IMG/VR virus record: IMGVR_UViG_3300032132_000006
Location: 1-63,744 of that record
DNA from: a virus
Lineage: Duplodnaviria; Caudoviricetes
Length of the DNA stretch: 63,744 bases
Direction: 5' to 3' (one strand)
In this document: in pieces, positions 60,442 through 63,744 of the stretch
How the letters are laid out: each line of letters starts with the position of its first letter
Position numbering within the stretch: position 1 is the first letter of the stretch
Position numbers and translations under genes: made by a program
The notes under the pieces: model-generated
Databases searched by the model: none
What the model saw: the letters and a program-made list of their open reading frames with translations, nothing else
What the model was told of the DNA's origin: nothing

Positions 60442-61071
60442 TTACTGTCCAACTGTTTGATTGATAATGCTTGGCAATTCCTGTTGAGGTTGTGCCGGTG
60501 CTTGCATTTGTGGAGCCTGTGGAGCAGCTTGTTCTGTTGGATCCCCATCACCAGCGGCAGCACCCTGCTCAGATACTATTCCCTGTATCTCGTCTTCTCC
60601 CATTCCTTCGGATAATCCCTGAATATCTGCTGGATCAATTTCATACTGATCAGACAGCTCCATCATCAGGTACTGACTTGCTTTCGTTAATGTGGGTTGG
60701 TCGACTTGAATAACTCCAGCCTCTTTACCAAACTCTGCAATCTCTAACATGATATCACCGGCCGCCTTAACAATAACCACTTCTGGTATGGTGCCGCCAG
60801 ATTTCTCATCTAACTGACCAAATACCTGAGAGGTTGTCTGGGCTAACGCTTTTGCTGGCTCGCCATCACTTAGCTGATTTAATATCTTCGGTGTCAGCTT
60901 TGGATCCGACAGCACTTCGATCCCAGCCATTACTGTTCGATCAAACGCTTCCTGCTCTTCAGGTGTTGCTGGTACCTCACCGGCAGGCATTTGCTGTTCC
61001 TGCATGGGAGCTTGTGGAGCCTGCTGTGGTGTCGCTTGCTGTGGAGCGCCATTCAATATTGATTCGTTCAT
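60442..61071 (-). CDS. Putative internal virion protein
   Basis: Q/P-rich termini with an acidic helical core; in the injection operon. Confidence 0.55.
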   Translation of the reverse strand: MNESILNGAPQQATPQQAPQAPMQEQQMPAGEVPATPEEQEAFDRTVMAGIEVLSDPKLTPKILNQLSDGEPAKALAQTTSQVFGQLDEKSGGTIPEVVIVKAAGDIMLEIAEFGKEAGVIQVDQPTLTKASQYLMMELSDQYEIDPADIQGLSEGMGEDEIQGIVSEQGAAAGDGDPTEQAAPQAPQMQAPAQPQQELPSIINQTVGQ

Positions 61072-61072
61072 A

Positions 61073-61759
61073 TTAACCTCTTGAATTCAGGATTGGACTT
61101 CTGAAATTGCTTAAGCCCAGATCTATGCTGCCACCAGCAAGCATCGCATCCTCTTCTCTTTTGCGCTGTTTTTCTGCCTGTTTTCTCGCCTCTTCTCCCT
61201 GAACTGCACTTGATATAGCACTAAGCCCCATAGCGGTGAGTGACTTGTTGTCCTTTGCGAATTCTAGCGCCTTGGTGCCGTACTTCTTAGCGCCCTCCAT
61301 TGCAGTGTTTAATATGCCAGTCCCTTGCTGTGCCCCAGCTTCTGCTATCCCATGAGCGATGGAAGGATTGACCATGTTGGCAGTAGATGCAGCTTGGCCA
61401 GCAGATAGGCCATGAGTGACAGCAGGACTAACTAGATTACCAGCACCCACTCCAGCAGCAGCAGTTCCGCTTTGTACAGCAGCAACCTCAGCGGCAGTTT
61501 GCCCAGTTGCAGCAACAGCAGCATCCGCGAGACCGCCTCCTGCCGCCCCAGCTCCTTGTGCAGCACCTTGAACGAAAGCCCCGTTTATCGAGGCGAATGG
61601 GGATTGCCATGCACCAAACGCAGCACCGCCCAAGTAAACAGCAGCCGCAAACATAAGCACCTTGCCGATAGTTGATTTCCTAATCGACCTAAAGCCGGTA
61701 CGAATACCCTTGGCAATTTTCTTAATGCCTTTTTTAACTGCCTTAACTATCTTACTCAT
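61073..61759 (-). CDS. DNA transfer/pilot protein (P22 gp7-like position)
   Basis: Basic amphipathic N-terminus, TM segment, G/A-rich. Confidence 0.65.
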   Translation of the reverse strand: MSKIVKAVKKGIKKIAKGIRTGFRSIRKSTIGKVLMFAAAVYLGGAAFGAWQSPFASINGAFVQGAAQGAGAAGGGLADAAVAATGQTAAEVAAVQSGTAAAGVGAGNLVSPAVTHGLSAGQAASTANMVNPSIAHGIAEAGAQQGTGILNTAMEGAKKYGTKALEFAKDNKSLTAMGLSAISSAVQGEEARKQAEKQRKREEDAMLAGGSIDLGLSNFRSPILNSRG

Positions 61760-61765
61760 AACGGT

Positions 61766-62206
61766 TTACCTTAGTTCCATGTATACGGGTAGAGCCTCAC
61801 TTAGCCCTAGTCGCCTTAGTAATTTTCCTATTCTTGGGTCAGCATTACACTCTAATGTGAAGCAAATCATCTTAATGACTCTTCGCCCTCTGGCCCATCC
61901 TAAAAACTCTCTAATCAATTTAATTCCAGCTCCACTCTTTCTTGTGTAGAACTGGACTACTGTTGCCTGCTTTCTTTCGTAGAACATCATATCGTGAACT
62001 AGCGCACTTACAGCAGCAACCACCTCACCATCTTCCTCAGCTACCCAACAAAAATTAGTGGCAGCAGAAACACATTCTATTGCCATCTTCTCGACCTTCT
62101 CTGGACTGATTACCAGATTAGGGTATGGGTCATTCATTAACGCCTCTAACCCTAACGATGTAATCGCAGGTATGTCAGATGGTGTTGCCGGCCTAATTGT
62201 TACCAT
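61766..62206 (-). CDS. GNAT-fold protein
   Basis: IRPATPSDIP, WVAEEDGEVV, GAG.KL and RRLG motifs; GNAT-like genes are usual next to podovirus injection genes. Confidence 0.85.
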   Translation of the reverse strand: MVTIRPATPSDIPAITSLGLEALMNDPYPNLVISPEKVEKMAIECVSAATNFCWVAEEDGEVVAAVSALVHDMMFYERKQATVVQFYTRKSGAGIKLIREFLGWARGRRVIKMICFTLECNADPRIGKLLRRLGLSEALPVYMELR

Positions 62207-62214
62207 ATATACCT

Positions 62215-63732
62215 TTAGTCGAAGTTCAAGAAGTCAATCGATGTATTAATAATTCCATTCTGCAGGGCAAGAGCGTTTTCCATAAGAATGAGAGATTGAT
62301 CAACTAGACCTTGCTTGGCTGCGGGACTACCCTTCGGATTACTTAATATGTCAGCAACCTGCTGTGAGTAACTAGCGTAAATATTAGCAGCATTCGTAGA
62401 CTCATTAAGGATCTTCTGGTACTCGCCTTGAATCCTAGTAATTACAACCCTGCCCTCTTGAGACAAGTTCTCCATCAAGAATGCCTGAGTATTAGCTCGC
62501 TCATCCTTCTGGATATCAAACTGGTTCAGTCTGTTGTCGCGTTCTTCCTGAGTCAAGTTGGCAAGCTCTTGAGCAGTCATGCCGTATTCTTGCAGCTTAG
62601 CATCCCTGTCTTCTTGGAATCCGTTCAGTCTGGCATCTCGCTCAGCCTGAGTCATTGACTGAATTTCTTGGTTAGTTAAGCCGAAGTTCTGAAGTCTCTG
62701 GTCTCTATCCGCTTGGAAGTCATTCAAACGATAATCTTTCTCAGTATCGTTCATGTTTGCAATTTCTTGGGTTGTTAGTCCATATCCTTGCAAGGTTGCA
62801 TCGCGATCAGCCTGAAGGCCGGCCAAGCGTTCATCGCGCTCCTGCTCGTTCATCGCGTCAATATCTTTGTTCGTTAGACCGAAACCCTGTAGCAAATAAT
62901 CTCTGCTCTGTTGAATATCTCCAGCAGCGCCAAGTTGATCAAGGCTTTGTTGGCCTGTTAGTAGCTGACGATCATATGCGTTTTGATCAGAAAGCTTTTG
63001 TAGATTATATGTATTCCGTGCATCTTGGTTGGCCCTGAGTACGGCTAACTGCTGCTCAGCACCGGCACCGGCAATGGGCAAGGCATAGTCATAACGCGCC
63101 CGCTCAGCATCACCAACAGCCATAGATGTATTTAGTAATCCCTTGGTGTTAGCTTGTTGCTTGGCTCTGGTCTGCTCACTGAGAATTCCAGCGCTATTAC
63201 CATCAATTATCCTCTGGACCCTAGCTTCTATCGTATCCTCGGCACCCAGCGAAATATCTTGTGGGGTGTAGCCGCCGCCATTTGGTGCGCCCTCGATACT
63301 ATAACCAGTGTTCTGGCCGTAGGATGGGGTTGTATCCTGTTGCGTTGCCTGTGCTTTATCGTAATCCTTTTGGCGCATAGCGTTGCCGCTACCATCAATA
63401 AGATGTGGATTCGCCTCCCTCCATGCAGCAGAGTTAAATATGTTTTCGCCGGTTGGCTTATTATATCCCAGTTGATCCACGTTCTCTGTCAATCCAGAGG
63501 TGTTTCCTGACAAGTTTGTGAACTGCCCATTACCTGCGGTCGCTATGCCATCATTACCGTAGGTATTTAAAATACCGCCGTTATTGGGTGGTGGTGGTGG
63601 TGGTGGTGGCGCTCCCGCAGGCACAGCGTTCTTGAGTGCTTCAGCGTTCTGCTGATCTAGTACGCGCTGAGCCATTGGAGTCTTATTAGACTTCTTGGTC
63701 GGCGTATAAATATCTGAGGTATACTTACCCAT
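62215..63732 (-). CDS. Internal virion/injection protein with a poly-Pro tract and 33-aa repeats
   Basis: A.Q.AN.KGLLNTSMA.G...ALPIA motif; GGAG RBS before ATG 63732. Confidence 0.7.
   Translation of the reverse strand: MGKYTSDIYTPTKKSNKTPMAQRVLDQQNAEALKNAVPAGAPPPPPPPPNNGGILNTYGNDGIATAGNGQFTNLSGNTSGLTENVDQLGYNKPTGENIFNSAAWREANPHLIDGSGNAMRQKDYDKAQATQQDTTPSYGQNTGYSIEGAPNGGGYTPQDISLGAEDTIEARVQRIIDGNSAGILSEQTRAKQQANTKGLLNTSMAVGDAERARYDYALPIAGAGAEQQLAVLRANQDARNTYNLQKLSDQNAYDRQLLTGQQSLDQLGAAGDIQQSRDYLLQGFGLTNKDIDAMNEQERDERLAGLQADRDATLQGYGLTTQEIANMNDTEKDYRLNDFQADRDQRLQNFGLTNQEIQSMTQAERDARLNGFQEDRDAKLQEYGMTAQELANLTQEERDNRLNQFDIQKDERANTQAFLMENLSQEGRVVITRIQGEYQKILNESTNAANIYASYSQQVADILSNPKGSPAAKQGLVDQSLILMENALALQNGIINTSIDFLNFD
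62518..62892 (-). repeat. About four tandem 33-aa repeats (LQxF/YGLT.QEI..M...ERD.RL..FQ.DRD..)
   Basis: Visible in the translation. Confidence 0.85.
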
Positions 63733-63744
63733 TTTTAACTCCAA
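63618..63744 (+). repeat. Terminal direct repeat copy 2
   Basis: Exact match to 1-127. Confidence 0.95.

Larger units (their letters stand above)
1..63744. mobile_element. Complete circularly permuted tailed bacteriophage genome (podovirus-like, 63,617 bp)
   Basis: Terminase, portal, capsid, nozzle, fibre and injection-protein genes are present; dense small ORFs; no host housekeeping genes; identical 127-bp ends. Confidence 0.95.

Noticed and set aside
46341-61949. Many + strand ORFs of 60-215 aa opposite the injection genes
   Set aside because: Antisense shadows of long real genes; Ser/Leu-rich and without RBS
1-63744. Alternative genetic code or stop-codon reassignment
   Set aside because: Long genes are intact under the standard code and all three stop codons end genes

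Overview
The window is an apparently complete, circularly permuted dsDNA tailed-phage genome of 63,617 bp; bases 1-127 repeat exactly at 63618-63744, most likely an assembler overlap. The gene content points to a podovirus. It has an N4-gp56-type major capsid protein, a scaffold, an adaptor, a nozzle, a tail fibre and a string of injected internal-virion proteins, including a Zeta-toxin-like P-loop protein and a 2671-aa polyvalent protein. No tail tube or tape measure gene was found. Portal and terminase are far from the capsid operon. Replication and recombination genes are minimal: an SF2 helicase, a lone primase-type Zn-finger, SSB, RecT and NinB/NinG-like proteins. I saw no DNA polymerase, RNA polymerase, integrase, tRNA or CRISPR array. 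The most striking unexplained structures are: (1) a ~450-nt non-coding multi-hairpin element near the helicase whose G-U pairs all favour the + strand; (2) an A1-B1-A2-B2 cassette of putative virion surface proteins with a shared 23-aa N-terminus and a shared Fn3-like domain; (3) the polyvalent protein, with a recurring FSL/WSL linker at its domain boundaries; (4) a repeated stop+RBS+start element joining small genes; (5) a 19-bp in-frame direct repeat flanking a phosphoesterase cassette. All family calls come from motif recognition by eye, with no database searches.
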